A DNA stretch of 61,206 nt, the filler included. It is 5 parts of 5 records of this genome, joined end to end, with 100 filler letters (N's around TTAATTAATTAA, not from the genome) between each part and the next. Parts side by side here need not be neighbours in the genome. Positions count along the whole stretch, not along the records: positions 24,287 to 31,567 come from DRR723986_5778; positions 31,668 to 55,112 come from DRR723986_5780; 3 more parts are not named here. One strand, given 5' to 3'. Below the pieces are notes generated by a model that searched no databases, was not told the origin of the DNA, and saw nothing but the letters and a program-made list of their open reading frames with translations. The stretch's first letter is position 1, and every line of letters starts with the position of its first letter. Below are positions 28,738 through 39,428 of the stretch, piece after piece. Both the position numbers and the translations under genes were made by a program.

Positions 28738-29915
28738 CGTTTCAGGTCCAGAGTGAAAGCCAGGGGTAATACCAGCAGGCTGTAGGCCACCATGGCCATC
28801 ACGGCATGACGGGTGTCGCCAGTCCAGTCGGCGAGCAGGCCGCCGAGCATGGGTACCGAGAAGGCCATGGTATAGCCCACCAGGAAGGTGCCGGCAGACA
28901 GCCGTCCGGTTTCGGCGGAGTTCACCAGCAAAGGCGGCAGAGCCACCAACAGGATCAGCAGAATGCCGGCCACGAAGCTCATCAGCGTGGCGCTGGCAAT
29001 GAACCACCAGCCTTCGAGCACCAGAGTGCCGGCGGTGCCGGCAATGCTGAGAACCGCCATGACGACAATGAAGGTACGGCGGCCGACCCAGGCCCGTGCC
29101 ATTTTCAGCATCACCAGCGAGGCAAAGACCTGGGCGATGTTGTACCAGAACAGGGCCTCGGACAGCAGGCCGATACGCCCCTGTTGTTCCAGGAGGTTAC
29201 CCATGTAGGCGTTGAGGCCGAAGAACATGGAGCCGGAAAGCCCCAGCAGCAGGCCCAGGCGCAAGGTGAGCGGGTTTTTCCAGTCGGGCAGCCAGGCGGC
29301 TTTGCGTGCGGGCCGGGCCAGGTCCCGTTTGGGCAGAAACAGGGCGGCGACTACCAGCAGGGCCGGCAGCGACCAGGCCAGCATGGTGGCGCGCCAGCTG
29401 TTGTCCAGCAACGGCATAAGAACCGGCAGGGTAATACCGGCACCGATGAACTCACCCATGAGCATGCCGTTCATGTAGATGGCCGAGCCCAGAGCAATGT
29501 GATGGGGTTCGAGCCAACGCGGCAGCAGGGCTGGCAGCGCTGGCTGCATCATCGCCACACCCAGGCCCATGACGGCGCTGGCTATCATCAGGGTGAAGGT
29601 ATCGGGCACCAGGCCACGGCCGGCGGAGCCGATGACCATGATCACCATGGCCAGTGCCAGGGTGTTTCGCGGGCCGATGCGGGAGATGGCCAGCGAACCG
29701 GGCATGGCGCCAATGGCCAGCATCAGGATGGGCAATGTGGTCAGGGCGCCGGTCAGTGCCTGAGTCAGGGCCAGTTCATCGCCAATGAAAGGCGCCAGCG
29801 GCGGGGCCACCAGTACGGGTATACGCAGGTAAACACCGGCCAGCCAAAGCAACACCGCCACCGGCAGCAATCGGGCTGGCGGTGGCGGTGTGGTCGCGGC
29901 GGTTTGAAATGCCAC
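28713..29915 (-). CDS. CynX/NimT-family MFS transporter
   Basis: About 12 TMs; LR.P....PPL, GALTTLP and QP.LP motifs. Confidence 0.82.
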   Translation of the reverse strand: MAFQTAATTPPPPARLLPVAVLLWLAGVYLRIPVLVAPPLAPFIGDELALTQALTGALTTLPILMLAIGAMPGSLAISRIGPRNTLALAMVIMVIGSAGRGLVPDTFTLMIASAVMGLGVAMMQPALPALLPRWLEPHHIALGSAIYMNGMLMGEFIGAGITLPVLMPLLDNSWRATMLAWSLPALLVVAALFLPKRDLARPARKAAWLPDWKNPLTLRLGLLLGLSGSMFFGLNAYMGNLLEQQGRIGLLSEALFWYNIAQVFASLVMLKMARAWVGRRTFIVVMAVLSIAGTAGTLVLEGWWFIASATLMSFVAGILLILLVALPPLLVNSAETGRLSAGTFLVGYTMAFSVPMLGGLLADWTGDTRHAVMAMVAYSLLVLPLAFTLDLKRKKDQPAS

Positions 29916-29926
29916 GGCGGAGCGAA

Positions 29927-30322
29927 TCAGTCTTCGCTGGTATCCGGCAGGTAAGCACCGTCTTCGTCGTGCACTTCCTGGCCGGTTACCGGCGGGTTGA
30001 AGGCACAGATCAGGCGCATGTCTTCAGTGCCGCCGTAGAGCGTGTGCTGATCATGCTTGTCGAGTGCATACAGGGTGCCGTCGGTAATCTCGTGTACTTC
30101 ACCGGTGGCTTTGTCCAGAATCTTGCCGTTACCGGCGACGCAATAGACGGCTTCCAGGTGGTGCTTGTACCAGAGGTTCAGCTCGGCGCCGGCGGGGATG
30201 ATGGTCTCGTGAAAGGAGAAACCCATGCCATCTTTCTTCAGCAGCATGCGACGGCTGGTCCAGCCCGGGCCGTGAACTTCACGCTCGGTACCGATAATGT
30301 CTTGCACTCGTACGATTTTCAT
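29927..30322 (-). CDS. ectC: Ectoine synthase (solitary)
   Basis: [40 protein letters not shown] and [23 protein letters not shown]. Confidence 0.95.
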   Translation of the reverse strand: MKIVRVQDIIGTEREVHGPGWTSRRMLLKKDGMGFSFHETIIPAGAELNLWYKHHLEAVYCVAGNGKILDKATGEVHEITDGTLYALDKHDQHTLYGGTEDMRLICAFNPPVTGQEVHDEDGAYLPDTSED

Positions 30323-30372
30323 TCGCATTCCTCATTTTGTGATGGAATAGCCATACAGTATAAACATGCGGC

Positions 30373-31567
30373 TCAGGCTCGATTCAACCGCCAGTCGTCG
30401 TATGCCGCCATGGCCTGCTCGATGGCGGCGGCAAATTGTTCCCTCTGCTGATGGGTCAGAGCTCGCTGTTTCCGGCACCGTTCGAAGGCTTTCTGGATTT
30501 CCCGCCGGCTGGCTTTGTCGAGCTGTTCCAGCCAGTGATGGTCGGCCGGTTCCAGTTCCAGCAAATCCCGCCCGGCGTGGTTTCGCTGGCTGATATGCCA
30601 CCAGTGATCCACCGCCCGCCCTAACACAACATAGCCGAACTGACTGTCCTGTACAGGCCCGAAGCTGGCGGTTTTCAGGCCGTCCTTCATGGGCCCGATG
30701 CTCAGTGCCGGCAAAACCAGGCGATCCCCGTAGAAGTAACTGCCGGCAGCGCCAATCAACCCTCCGAGCAGGGCACCGGTGCCCAGCGACGAGCCAAACG
30801 TCACGGCATCAATGCCGGCACCGCTCACCGCTCCGGCACCAAAGCCCGCGGTGGCCAGGTAGCGCTTGCTGACCGCCCAGTGCTTGCGAGTGTCCTCGGA
30901 AAACAGATCGTGCTGGCTGTGCCATTGGAGTTCGGCTTCCTGGCGGCGTATGCGCTGATGCTGGTACAGGTGCTCGATGTCGATCCTGAGGGCCTGTTCC
31001 CGGTGGCGTTGGTGCCGGTACCAGCGATCCCTCAGGGTCTCGGCGAGGCTGGCATTGCTGGTTTCGGCGATCTGGTTAAGCGTCAGTGTGCGTCGTTCCT
31101 GATATGACATCAGGTCTTCCAGGGCTCGGGCAACCAGGCCCGCCGCCTGTCGCCGGCGCTGGCGGCGCTGTTCGGACAGGAACCGGGTGGCCCGTTCCAG
31201 TGGCGCCTCCCAGTCCGGTTCCAGCTGGCCGAAAGCCCGTAACAGGCTAAGATGTTGCTCAAACGGGGCGCGAACAGCGTCGAACTTGCGGACAACCTGA
31301 AAGAACTGGCCCAGTGCGGCCTGCCAGGTGTCGCTGTAATCGTCCTCACCAATACTGTTGATCAGCGCCAGGCTCGGACGCCCGGTCCAGCGCAGGATGG
31401 TCATTTCCGCCTCGTGCTCGGCACTGTAGGGCACCGAGCCATCCACCACGTAGATGATCCCGGCGCCTTCCACGATCGGTGCCAGCAATTCACATTCATC
31501 GACAAACCGGTCATCGCCCCGGTGCTGGAGCACAAAAGCCCGCACGGTTTCCGGGTGATCCGAGGCG
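30373..31567 (-). CDS. GTPase / DUF3482 domain protein (5' partial)
   Basis: VVDGS...EMTILRW.GRP..ALIN, F.AV and a glycine-rich TM pair GAGIDA...G.SLG.GALLGG. Confidence 0.75.
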
Positions 31568-31667
31568 NNNNNNNNNNNNNNNNNNNNNNNNNNNNNNNNN
31601 NNNNNNNNNNNTTAATTAATTAANNNNNNNNNNNNNNNNNNNNNNNNNNNNNNNNNNNNNNNNNNNN
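31568..31667. other. Artificial contig-joining spacer
   Basis: N44-TTAATTAATTAA-N44. Confidence 0.99.
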
Positions 31668-31668
31668 A

Positions 31669-32871
31669 GTTGTCGCCCGTATCCAGGATTTCCTCAGACT
31701 TGAAAGCGCTGCCGGCCTGATCCTGATGATGGCGGCAGCCCTGGCGATCGTGGCGAACAACACGATCGCCAGCCATTGGTATGGGGCCTTCCTGTCGACG
31801 CCCGTGGCCGTGCAGTTCGGGGCCCTTGAAATCGCCAAGCCATTGCTGCTCTGGATCAATGATGGCCTGATGGCCGTGTTCTTCCTGCTGGTCGGTCTGG
31901 AGATCAAACGGGAGATCCTTGAGGGCGAATTGTCCTCCTTCGACAAGGCCGTGCTGCCCGCGCTTGCCGCCATTGGCGGCATGGCAGGGCCGGCACTGAT
32001 CTATGTGGCGCTGAACCTGTCGTCCCCTGAAACCCTGCGCGGCTGGGCCATTCCGGCCGCCACTGACATTGCGTTCGCGCTCGGCATCCTGGCGCTGCTG
32101 GGCACGCGGGCGCCTGTGGCGCTCAAGATCCTGCTTCTGGCCATCGCCATCATCGACGACCTCGGCGCGATCCTCATCATCGCCGTGTTCTATACGGAGC
32201 AACTGTCCCTTCAGGCGCTCGGCCTGGCGGGTATCGGTTTCGCCGGCCTGGTCCTGATGAACCGGATGGGGGTCAAGCGGATCATGCCGTACATCCTCGT
32301 TGGCGTGTTTATCTGGGTCTGCGTTCTGAAGTCGGGCGTGCATGCCACCCTGGCCGGCGTGCTGACGGCGCTCGCGATCCCGCTGGCGGCGCGCAAGGAA
32401 ACCGGACAGTCGCCGCTCCACAAGCTGGAGCACGGGCTTCATCCCTGGGTCGCCTACATGATCCTGCCGGTCTTCGCTTTCGCCAATGCGGGTGTGGACC
32501 TGCGCGGCGTGGACCTTGATGCCCTGACCGGTGCCGTGCCGCTCGGGATCGCGCTGGGCCTGTTCCTCGGCAAGCAGCTCGGTGTGTTTGGCCTCACCTA
32601 TGTTGCGGTGAAGTCGGGGCTCGCGCGGCTGCCCTCCGGCGTGAGCTGGCTGCAGGTCTATGGCGTGGCCTGTCTCACCGGTGTGGGGTTCACAATGAGC
32701 CTGTTCATCGGCAGCCTTGCCTTCAGCACCCCTGCGGCACTGGACCAGGTGCGGCTGGGCGTTCTGATGGGATCTGTCGCCTCCGGCCTGCTCGGCTTTG
32801 CGGTACTCCGCATGGCAAGCCGGCCGAGGGACGCGGAGAATCTCGGCAGCATGCCGGCAGGGGCGACCTGA
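31669..32871 (+). CDS. nhaA: Na+/H+ antiporter NhaA (5' partial)
   Basis: [41 protein letters not shown] and GFTMSLFI. Confidence 0.96.
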   Translation, partial: VVARIQDFLRLESAAGLILMMAAALAIVANNTIASHWYGAFLSTPVAVQFGALEIAKPLLLWINDGLMAVFFLLVGLEIKREILEGELSSFDKAVLPALAAIGGMAGPALIYVALNLSSPETLRGWAIPAATDIAFALGILALLGTRAPVALKILLLAIAIIDDLGAILIIAVFYTEQLSLQALGLAGIGFAGLVLMNRMGVKRIMPYILVGVFIWVCVLKSGVHATLAGVLTALAIPLAARKETGQSPLHKLEHGLHPWVAYMILPVFAFANAGVDLRGVDLDALTGAVPLGIALGLFLGKQLGVFGLTYVAVKSGLARLPSGVSWLQVYGVACLTGVGFTMSLFIGSLAFSTPAALDQVRLGVLMGSVASGLLGFAVLRMASRPRDAENLGSMPAGAT

Positions 32872-32883
32872 TGCCCCTGCAGG

Positions 32884-34044
32884 TCAGCCGTTGAAGGCTC
32901 GAATGGCTTCGATGATCCGGTCCTGGTCGTCTTCGCCGAGATAGGGGTGCATGGGCAGGGCGATGACGTAGCGGCTGGCCTCTTCGGTGACAGGCAGGGT
33001 GCCGGCAGGCGGGGCCCACTCCGCGGCGAAGTCCTGCATGTGGATTGGCACGGGATAATAAACCGCCGTCGGAATCCCTTGTGCGCCAAGATGCGCCTGC
33101 AGTCCGTCGCGATTCTCGTGCTCGATCACATATTGCGCCCAGACGCTCTTGCCCCCCTCGATCACATGCGGCACGCGGCGGACATGATCTTTCAATCCTT
33201 CCGTATACCGTGCGGCGACTTTCTGGCGCTGCTCAATCTCGTCGCCAAAGATTTTCAGCTTCTCCAGAAGGACCGCCGCCTGGATGGTGTCGAGACGGGA
33301 ATTCATGCCGACGCGCAGCGACAGGTATTTCGGGTCGTGATGGAAGTTGCGCTCGGCCGCGTCGGTCGGCGTGACCTTGCCATAGACGCGCAGCGCGTCG
33401 ACCAGTTCGGCCAGGCGATCATCATTCGTCACCACCGCGCCACCATCACCATAGCAGCCAAGGGGCTTTGCCGGGAAGAAGCTGGTCGTCGCGATATCGG
33501 CCCAGTCAGTCGTTGCCTTGCCATTCAGCGTGCAGCCGAAGCCCTGCGCATTGTCGGAGATCAGCTTCAGGCCTTCGCGGTCGCAGACCGCCTTGACGGC
33601 GGGATAGTCAGCCGGCTGGCCGAACAGGTCGACCGCGATGACGACTTTCGGCGTCAGCCTACCTTCGGCTTTCACGCGGGCGATAGCGGCTTTGAGGCTG
33701 GCTGGATCCATATTGTAAGTGTCCGGCAGGATGTCGACGAAGACCGGCTCCGCCCCCGTCCATGGCACGACCTGCGCGGTGGCGACGAAGGTGAAGGAGG
33801 GGCAGAAGACTGCGTCGCCGGGGCCGACTTCCCATGCCATCAGTGGCAGGGCGATGGCGTCCGTGCCGTTAGCGCAGCTGACCGAGTGCTTTGCGCCGCA
33901 CCAGTCCGCGAGCTGCTTTTCCAGCTCCGTCACTTGAGGACCGAGCACGTAACGCCCGCTCTCCACAACGGAAAGAATGGCGGCATTCACTTCGTTTTCA
34001 ATACGCTTACGCTGGGCTTGCAGGTCGATGAAAGGCAACGACAT
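32884..34044 (-). CDS. DegT/DnrJ/EryC1/StrS nucleotide-sugar aminotransferase (WbpE-like)
   Basis: PFIDLQAQ, NGTDA, DNAQGFG, SFFPAKPLGCYGDGG and NSRLDTIQA. Confidence 0.92.
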   Translation of the reverse strand: MSLPFIDLQAQRKRIENEVNAAILSVVESGRYVLGPQVTELEKQLADWCGAKHSVSCANGTDAIALPLMAWEVGPGDAVFCPSFTFVATAQVVPWTGAEPVFVDILPDTYNMDPASLKAAIARVKAEGRLTPKVVIAVDLFGQPADYPAVKAVCDREGLKLISDNAQGFGCTLNGKATTDWADIATTSFFPAKPLGCYGDGGAVVTNDDRLAELVDALRVYGKVTPTDAAERNFHHDPKYLSLRVGMNSRLDTIQAAVLLEKLKIFGDEIEQRQKVAARYTEGLKDHVRRVPHVIEGGKSVWAQYVIEHENRDGLQAHLGAQGIPTAVYYPVPIHMQDFAAEWAPPAGTLPVTEEASRYVIALPMHPYLGEDDQDRIIEAIRAFNG

Positions 34045-34268
34045 GAGACGGGTCCTCGATCTTATCTGCCGCCGTTCAAGCAGATTGCGGCGGAAAAACA
34101 AATCACGGCTGGTTACAACCTGTTTCCTTGCGGTTGCATGCGTACGTGCACAGTGGTTTAAGGAGGCAGATTGAAGTCAACTAGGCACGCTGCCCGCAAC
34201 CGGCAGGTACGCCCGAACGAGAGTAGAGTCCGCCCTCGCTTTGGCGGCGACAAGTTAGAGATCCCGCT

Positions 34269-35354
34269 GTGACGCCGCTGTTTTCAGTTATAATTGTAAA
34301 CTACAATGCTGGCCCTTTGCTGCAGAGGGCAATCGATTCCCTGAAGGCACAGACGCAGCGCGATTTCGAACTGATTCTGGTCGACAATGCCTCTTCCGAC
34401 GGCTCGATGGATAAGCTGGTGCTGGCTGACCTGCCAGCCTGCAAGATTCTGCCACAGACAGAGAATTTGGGTTTTGCCGCTGGGAATAATCTGGCTGTGG
34501 AACACGCCGCGGGCGAATGGCTAGTGCTGTTGAACCCGGACGCTTGGGCAGAGCCGGACTGGCTGGACCGGATCACGACGGCGATCGAGACCTATCCAGA
34601 TATCACGCAATTCGCCTCGCTACAGATCGATGCGAACGATACTTCGCGGCTGGATGGCGCAGGTGACGCCTATCTAGGCTTCGGATTCCCTTGGCGCGGC
34701 GGCTTCGGCCATCCGGTGCCGGAGGCGCTCGCGCCGTCTGAGTGTTTCAGCCCCTGTGGGGCAGGCGCAGTGATCAGGAAGGCTTCGTTCGATGCCGTCA
34801 GCGGCTTTGACGAACGTTTCTTCTGCTATTGCGAGGATGTGGACCTTGGCTATCGCCTGCGCCAGCGGGGGCAGCGCTGCGTGTTCCTGCCGGATGCGCG
34901 CATCCATCACGTGGGCAGCGCCGTTTCCGGCAGCACCAGCGAATTCACCATCTATCACGGTACGCGCAACCGTCTTGCCCTTTACCTGAAAAATACGCCG
35001 ACCCTGATGCTGCTCGCGACCGCGCCGGTGCACTTGGCGCTGACGCTTTACCTGATTGTACGGGCCTGCATGACCGGGCGTCAGGCAGGCATGCTGAAGG
35101 GCCTGCGCGATGGCCTGATCCTAGGCCTGAGTTGCCGGTTCGGGGAGGCATGGCGCGAAGTGCGGCCAACGGTGTCACTTACGGAACTTGTAACGGCGAT
35201 GGCCTGGAACCCGTTCAGCATGTCGCAGCTCAAGGTGCAACTGAAGCCGTTGCAAAACGCCCGTCCAGCCGAGCTGACCGCTCAGGCGGATCCCGGCAAA
35301 ATGGCAACGCCGGTCTCACCCATGGCTGCTACGTCGTCTAGGTTGCGCCGGTAG
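34269..35354 (+). CDS. GT2 glycosyltransferase (rhamnosyltransferase-like)
   Basis: IIVNYN, VDNAS.D, NLGFAAGNN, LLNPD and GFDERFFCYCEDVDL. Confidence 0.9.
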   Translation: MTPLFSVIIVNYNAGPLLQRAIDSLKAQTQRDFELILVDNASSDGSMDKLVLADLPACKILPQTENLGFAAGNNLAVEHAAGEWLVLLNPDAWAEPDWLDRITTAIETYPDITQFASLQIDANDTSRLDGAGDAYLGFGFPWRGGFGHPVPEALAPSECFSPCGAGAVIRKASFDAVSGFDERFFCYCEDVDLGYRLRQRGQRCVFLPDARIHHVGSAVSGSTSEFTIYHGTRNRLALYLKNTPTLMLLATAPVHLALTLYLIVRACMTGRQAGMLKGLRDGLILGLSCRFGEAWREVRPTVSLTELVTAMAWNPFSMSQLKVQLKPLQNARPAELTAQADPGKMATPVSPMAATSSRLRR

Positions 35355-38098
35355 ACAAGTTCATAGGCGCGGTTCAGCTCAGCCTGCCGGCGGCTGCGGA
35401 TCGCCGGGTTTTTCGGGGTGCGGTAGAATGAAGTGACCTTGTTCACTTTCTCGAACCTGTTGCCCGCTGCGTAACGCACCCACAGATTCCAGTCTTCCAG
35501 ACGATCCAGATCGGCATGAAAGCCGCCGCGTGTCTCGAAAAGAGATTTGCGGAATAGGATAGATTGGATAGCTATCATATTCTCCCGCGCTAGACGATAG
35601 AAATCAAACGGTTCCATATGGGGGGCTGGAACGGTGTGCCCGCTCTCGCGGATCGGCGCGCCACGATCTGAAACCACCTCCCAGGCGAGGGCGTACGCAG
35701 CCTCCGCATCCGGATAATCGATCAGGCGCGCTGCTAGAATCTCCACATGCTCTGCAAACAGCAAATCGTCGTTGTCCAGGAAACAGACGAGTTCACCCGT
35801 TGCGGTGGCGATGCCGTCATTGCCGGCAATGGAACGCCCGGGGCCGTCGGAAGCGATGTAACGCACGTCCGCGCCGTAGGCGCCGGCAACGGCCTCAACC
35901 AGCTCGCGGGCATTGCGCGTACGGTCTTCCACAACCACGATTTCGAGGTTCGGATAAGACTGGTTGAGCGCGCTGGCGAGGGCCTGTTCCAGATAGATCA
36001 GTTCGTCCCCGTGGGTGCGGATGACAATCGAAGCTTTAGGTAGCCCGCCCGTCGCAGGCGGCATGTGCACCGTGTCGGCACCGGGGCGGGCGAGATCGAA
36101 GTCGAACTCGTTGAATGGGAAGACGGCGCCTTCATCCCGCGTTTCACAGCGTGGGTCGCGGAAGTGGGCTTTCTGTTCCTTCACCTGCCGGGCGGCCCGG
36201 TCGAAGCCTTCAATCCGCACCGGGTCGGTCTCTGCTTTTCGGGCGCGGGCAAACAGGGTTTCTCCGCCCAGCAAGTCGCGCGTGGAGCCATAGCGCTGAC
36301 GCAGCAACAGGTTGGCGGCCAGCGATCCGGACAGCTGGTGCGGGCGCACGGTCGTGTCTTCCAGGTCCACATGGTGTTTCAGCACGGCGGACGGCACATA
36401 GCGTAGTCGCCAGCCCGCGCGGCGGTAGCGGTAGGAAAGTTCGACATCCTCGCCATACATGAAGATTGCAGGATCGTAGCCGCCAATGTCGAGATAGGCC
36501 GCGCGGCGCATCAGGACGCAGGCATGGCTCGACCAGTTCGTCTCCAGCGTGACGGGGTCATAGTATTTGGGATGCTCGTGCGGGGCCTGGCGCGCCTCCC
36601 AGCATGCGACGGAGGGGGCATCGGCCAGGGCCGCCGAGACGAGGCGCGTCAGCAATGCGGGCGTAAATTCGGTATCCACATTAGTGACGAGGACAAGATC
36701 GTCCGTACTCATCCGGATGGCATGGTCGTTGCCGACACCGTAACCCTTGTTCGGGCGGCGTTCCAAGCGGGTTGCACGGAAAGCACTGCCATTCCTTGCA
36801 AAGAATGCTTCGACTGCTTCGCAGGTGCCGTCGGTCGAGCCATTGTCGACGAAGATAAGGGTAACCTTGTCCAGCGGGTATTCGCTGGCCATCAAATGTT
36901 CGCAGAACGGAGCTAGCCAGCGTTCGGAATTGTAGAGTACGATGCTGATGGTGAGGCCCGGCCATTCTTCGGGCGCGGCGCCATGGGCCGCCTTCCAGAG
37001 ACCGGTGTGCCAGTCAGACATCAGCGTGCCGGGGCGCCGGTCAGCCAAAGCGTGAAGGGCCGGTTCCACGTTTCGCGAAACACCTGCAAGAATGGCGGAT
37101 GCGGACGTGCTGCCGCCGAGAGTGCGGTCTGCCCAGTTCTTCAGCTGGCGTAGCGGCGCCGTCATGCGCCAGAAAGTGCTGGCGCGCATGTCTTCCAACG
37201 CCTTCTCGCTGGCATCCGTACGCGCCTGCAGGGCCTGCAACTCGATTGCCATGCGGCTGAGCTCCGCCAAGGCCTCCGTGTCGCCGGTGCTCCTGTCGGT
37301 CACCTGCTCGGGCAGGTCGCTGGGGCGATAGTCGAAGGCCTCGACAGGTCTAAGAATCTGACCGATCATGGAGGCGCTGGCAGTGATTTCGGCGCGGATC
37401 CCGTCCATTGTGGCGGCGGAGTCTTCGCTCGCGGAGGCCGCTACTCGGTCCAGCCAGCCATCGCCCGCATCTCGAGCCGGACGGGTGGGGTGACGTTCGG
37501 CAAAGTCCTGTATGAAACGCGCGCGCCAGTTCTCCAGCTCGGTACGGCTCGGCTCCGGCAGGCCCAGATGGCGGGCAACATCAATCAGTATACCGATGGG
37601 GTGGGCAAGAATCTGGTCCACGTTGAGGCACATCCGGTGTGCCCCGCGCGTGGCTGCCTCGGCGGCGAGGTAGCGGCAGGTGAGGGCAAGGCCGATTCGT
37701 TCCGGGGAGAGACCGGTGTGAGTAACCATGAATGCCGTGTCCACCTGCGGCCGCGGCGTGAGAAGCAGGTAAAACGGGGACCAGCCCAGCCGGTCTACTG
37801 CCGCGCAGACAGCCGCCGCCTGCGCATCAGCGCCGGGCTCGTTCAGCAACGCCAGATCGTAGCCCGGAAACGCGCCCGACAAAACCTCGTCGAGACCCGC
37901 TGCCGGGCTGCTAGGTTCCAGCACGTCGAGCGGGGACAGATAGGCGCGTTCACCCGGCAGGCTGGTGGCTAGGTCGCTTGTCGGCCAGCTGGTAAGCGTC
38001 GGCTGCTGGTAGCCCTTGGCCGGCGCCGCGCCGAGAGCTGCCAGCAGCGCGTCGAACAGAGCAGCGTCCCTCGGGGTTACCGGAAAACTGATCACCAT
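35282..38098 (-). CDS. Multidomain glycosyltransferase: degenerate sulfotransferase-like N-domain, coiled coil and two GT2 domains
   Basis: STFWRMTAPLR after a heptad-like helix; GT2 #1 (VDNGS.D, NVD, FMYGEDV); GT2 #2 (VEDR, FLDNDD, LEDW). Start uncertain (38098 or 38194). Confidence 0.85.
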   Translation of the reverse strand: MVISFPVTPRDAALFDALLAALGAAPAKGYQQPTLTSWPTSDLATSLPGERAYLSPLDVLEPSSPAAGLDEVLSGAFPGYDLALLNEPGADAQAAAVCAAVDRLGWSPFYLLLTPRPQVDTAFMVTHTGLSPERIGLALTCRYLAAEAATRGAHRMCLNVDQILAHPIGILIDVARHLGLPEPSRTELENWRARFIQDFAERHPTRPARDAGDGWLDRVAASASEDSAATMDGIRAEITASASMIGQILRPVEAFDYRPSDLPEQVTDRSTGDTEALAELSRMAIELQALQARTDASEKALEDMRASTFWRMTAPLRQLKNWADRTLGGSTSASAILAGVSRNVEPALHALADRRPGTLMSDWHTGLWKAAHGAAPEEWPGLTISIVLYNSERWLAPFCEHLMASEYPLDKVTLIFVDNGSTDGTCEAVEAFFARNGSAFRATRLERRPNKGYGVGNDHAIRMSTDDLVLVTNVDTEFTPALLTRLVSAALADAPSVACWEARQAPHEHPKYYDPVTLETNWSSHACVLMRRAAYLDIGGYDPAIFMYGEDVELSYRYRRAGWRLRYVPSAVLKHHVDLEDTTVRPHQLSGSLAANLLLRQRYGSTRDLLGGETLFARARKAETDPVRIEGFDRAARQVKEQKAHFRDPRCETRDEGAVFPFNEFDFDLARPGADTVHMPPATGGLPKASIVIRTHGDELIYLEQALASALNQSYPNLEIVVVEDRTRNARELVEAVAGAYGADVRYIASDGPGRSIAGNDGIATATGELVCFLDNDDLLFAEHVEILAARLIDYPDAEAAYALAWEVVSDRGAPIRESGHTVPAPHMEPFDFYRLARENMIAIQSILFRKSLFETRGGFHADLDRLEDWNLWVRYAAGNRFEKVNKVTSFYRTPKNPAIRSRRQAELNRAYELVYRRNLDDVAAMGETGVAILPGSA

Positions 38099-38314
38099 CC
38101 TGCGACGGTCTGCCTCTGGTCCCACGCATGACTCCTTCAGGTTAGTCTGTCCGGCATAAGGGCGCCACCGGGGATAGACAAGCGCCTTTCCCACCCCCTT
38201 TTACTGGGCGCCCTGCAATAATTTCCGGCCGTTTTGGCCATGCCGAGGCATGTCTACCCGGCAGGAAGGTGCTGCATGGAGGATGAGCCCGCTGACTGCG
38301 CCCGAGGAGCCACC

Positions 38315-38851
38315 ATGACCGACACAACCGACCGCCTTGCCCTGCCTTATCTCTTGCTCTCCCGGGCGTAGATGCATGTCACTCACAAAGACGCTTTGCG
38401 GCAGCTGGACGCGCTGGTGCAGTTGGCCGTGATCTCGGTCACGGAAACCGCACCGCCCGCCGCGCCAGATGCCGGGGCCGCCTACCTTGTGCCCGTCGGT
38501 GCCAGCGGAGAATGGGCATCCGCATCGGAAGGGGCATCGCTGCCTTTGCGGATGGGGCGTAGCAAATCATCGCGCCTGGGCAGGGTTGGCGCGCTGAACC
38601 GGAAATCCGGACGCCTCCTGGTGTTTGGCTCAGCTGGCTATGCGCCGCTGGCCGGGCAGTTCGGTCGGGTGGCTCTGAATGCGGTTGCGGACGGCACGCA
38701 TCGCCGTGCCACTTGTGTCTCGGCAGTGTTGCTCAGTCATGATGGCGGTGACTACAGGTAGACTGTCATCTGAGAAGCCGACGGCGACATCTCCTCGCTG
38801 ATTTTGTTCGCCGATTTCGAAGTCGGCGGGGAATTTGCTCTTTTTGGTAGC
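38315..38851 (+). pseudogene. DUF2793 (phage/GTA tail-fibre-type) pseudogene
   Basis: RBS GAGGAG; MTDTTDRLALPYLLLSRA*MHVTHKDALRQLDALVQL; an alternative frame gives IAAFADGA*QIIAPGQGWRA; further stops at 38759 and 38771. Confidence 0.78.
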
Positions 38852-39428
38852 CGACCACTGTCTTTTTGGGTGAGTGAAGATAGCGCGATTTTCTTTAAAG
38901 GGACTTTCTATCGGACGGAGCGGCCGTGCCGTGTCGTTTTCCTACTGGCGCCATGTTGCCGGCACATTTGGGCCGATCGTGGCCGAGCCGGATCGCCAGA
39001 CTTTATATGGGTACGATGAAAGCCGTGCTAGGTATGCTCGCCACGGATGGGTTCAGCCGCATCGCACCTATCGCGTGGCGGTCTTGGTTCATGGCACAAC
39101 AGCTGATCATCCTGAACTATGGAACACTCTACTGGAAACTATTCCACAATGGCGTGCAGAAGTATCATGCATACCAGAACTCTGTTGGTGGCTGCGCGTC
39201 GTACAAGCACAACTGCCTGATTTATGCTGCGGAAATGCTGGCCGATAGAACACTTGCGTTCGCGGGATTGATCGCGCCTGACAACAGGTGTGTTGGGCCT
39301 CACTCCATTTTTGCCTTTCATAAGCATAGCTAAATCGACACTGCTTTGTGACGGGATTCAGATTTGCCCTATCTACCCCGCTGCGATATTGTTTCTATGA
39401 AAAGAAATCCAACATGTGAGTTCTCGGA

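Noticed and set aside
38315-39428. Prophage or intact GTA cluster
   Set aside because: Only a single decayed DUF2793 gene is present, with no integrase, capsid or terminase genes.
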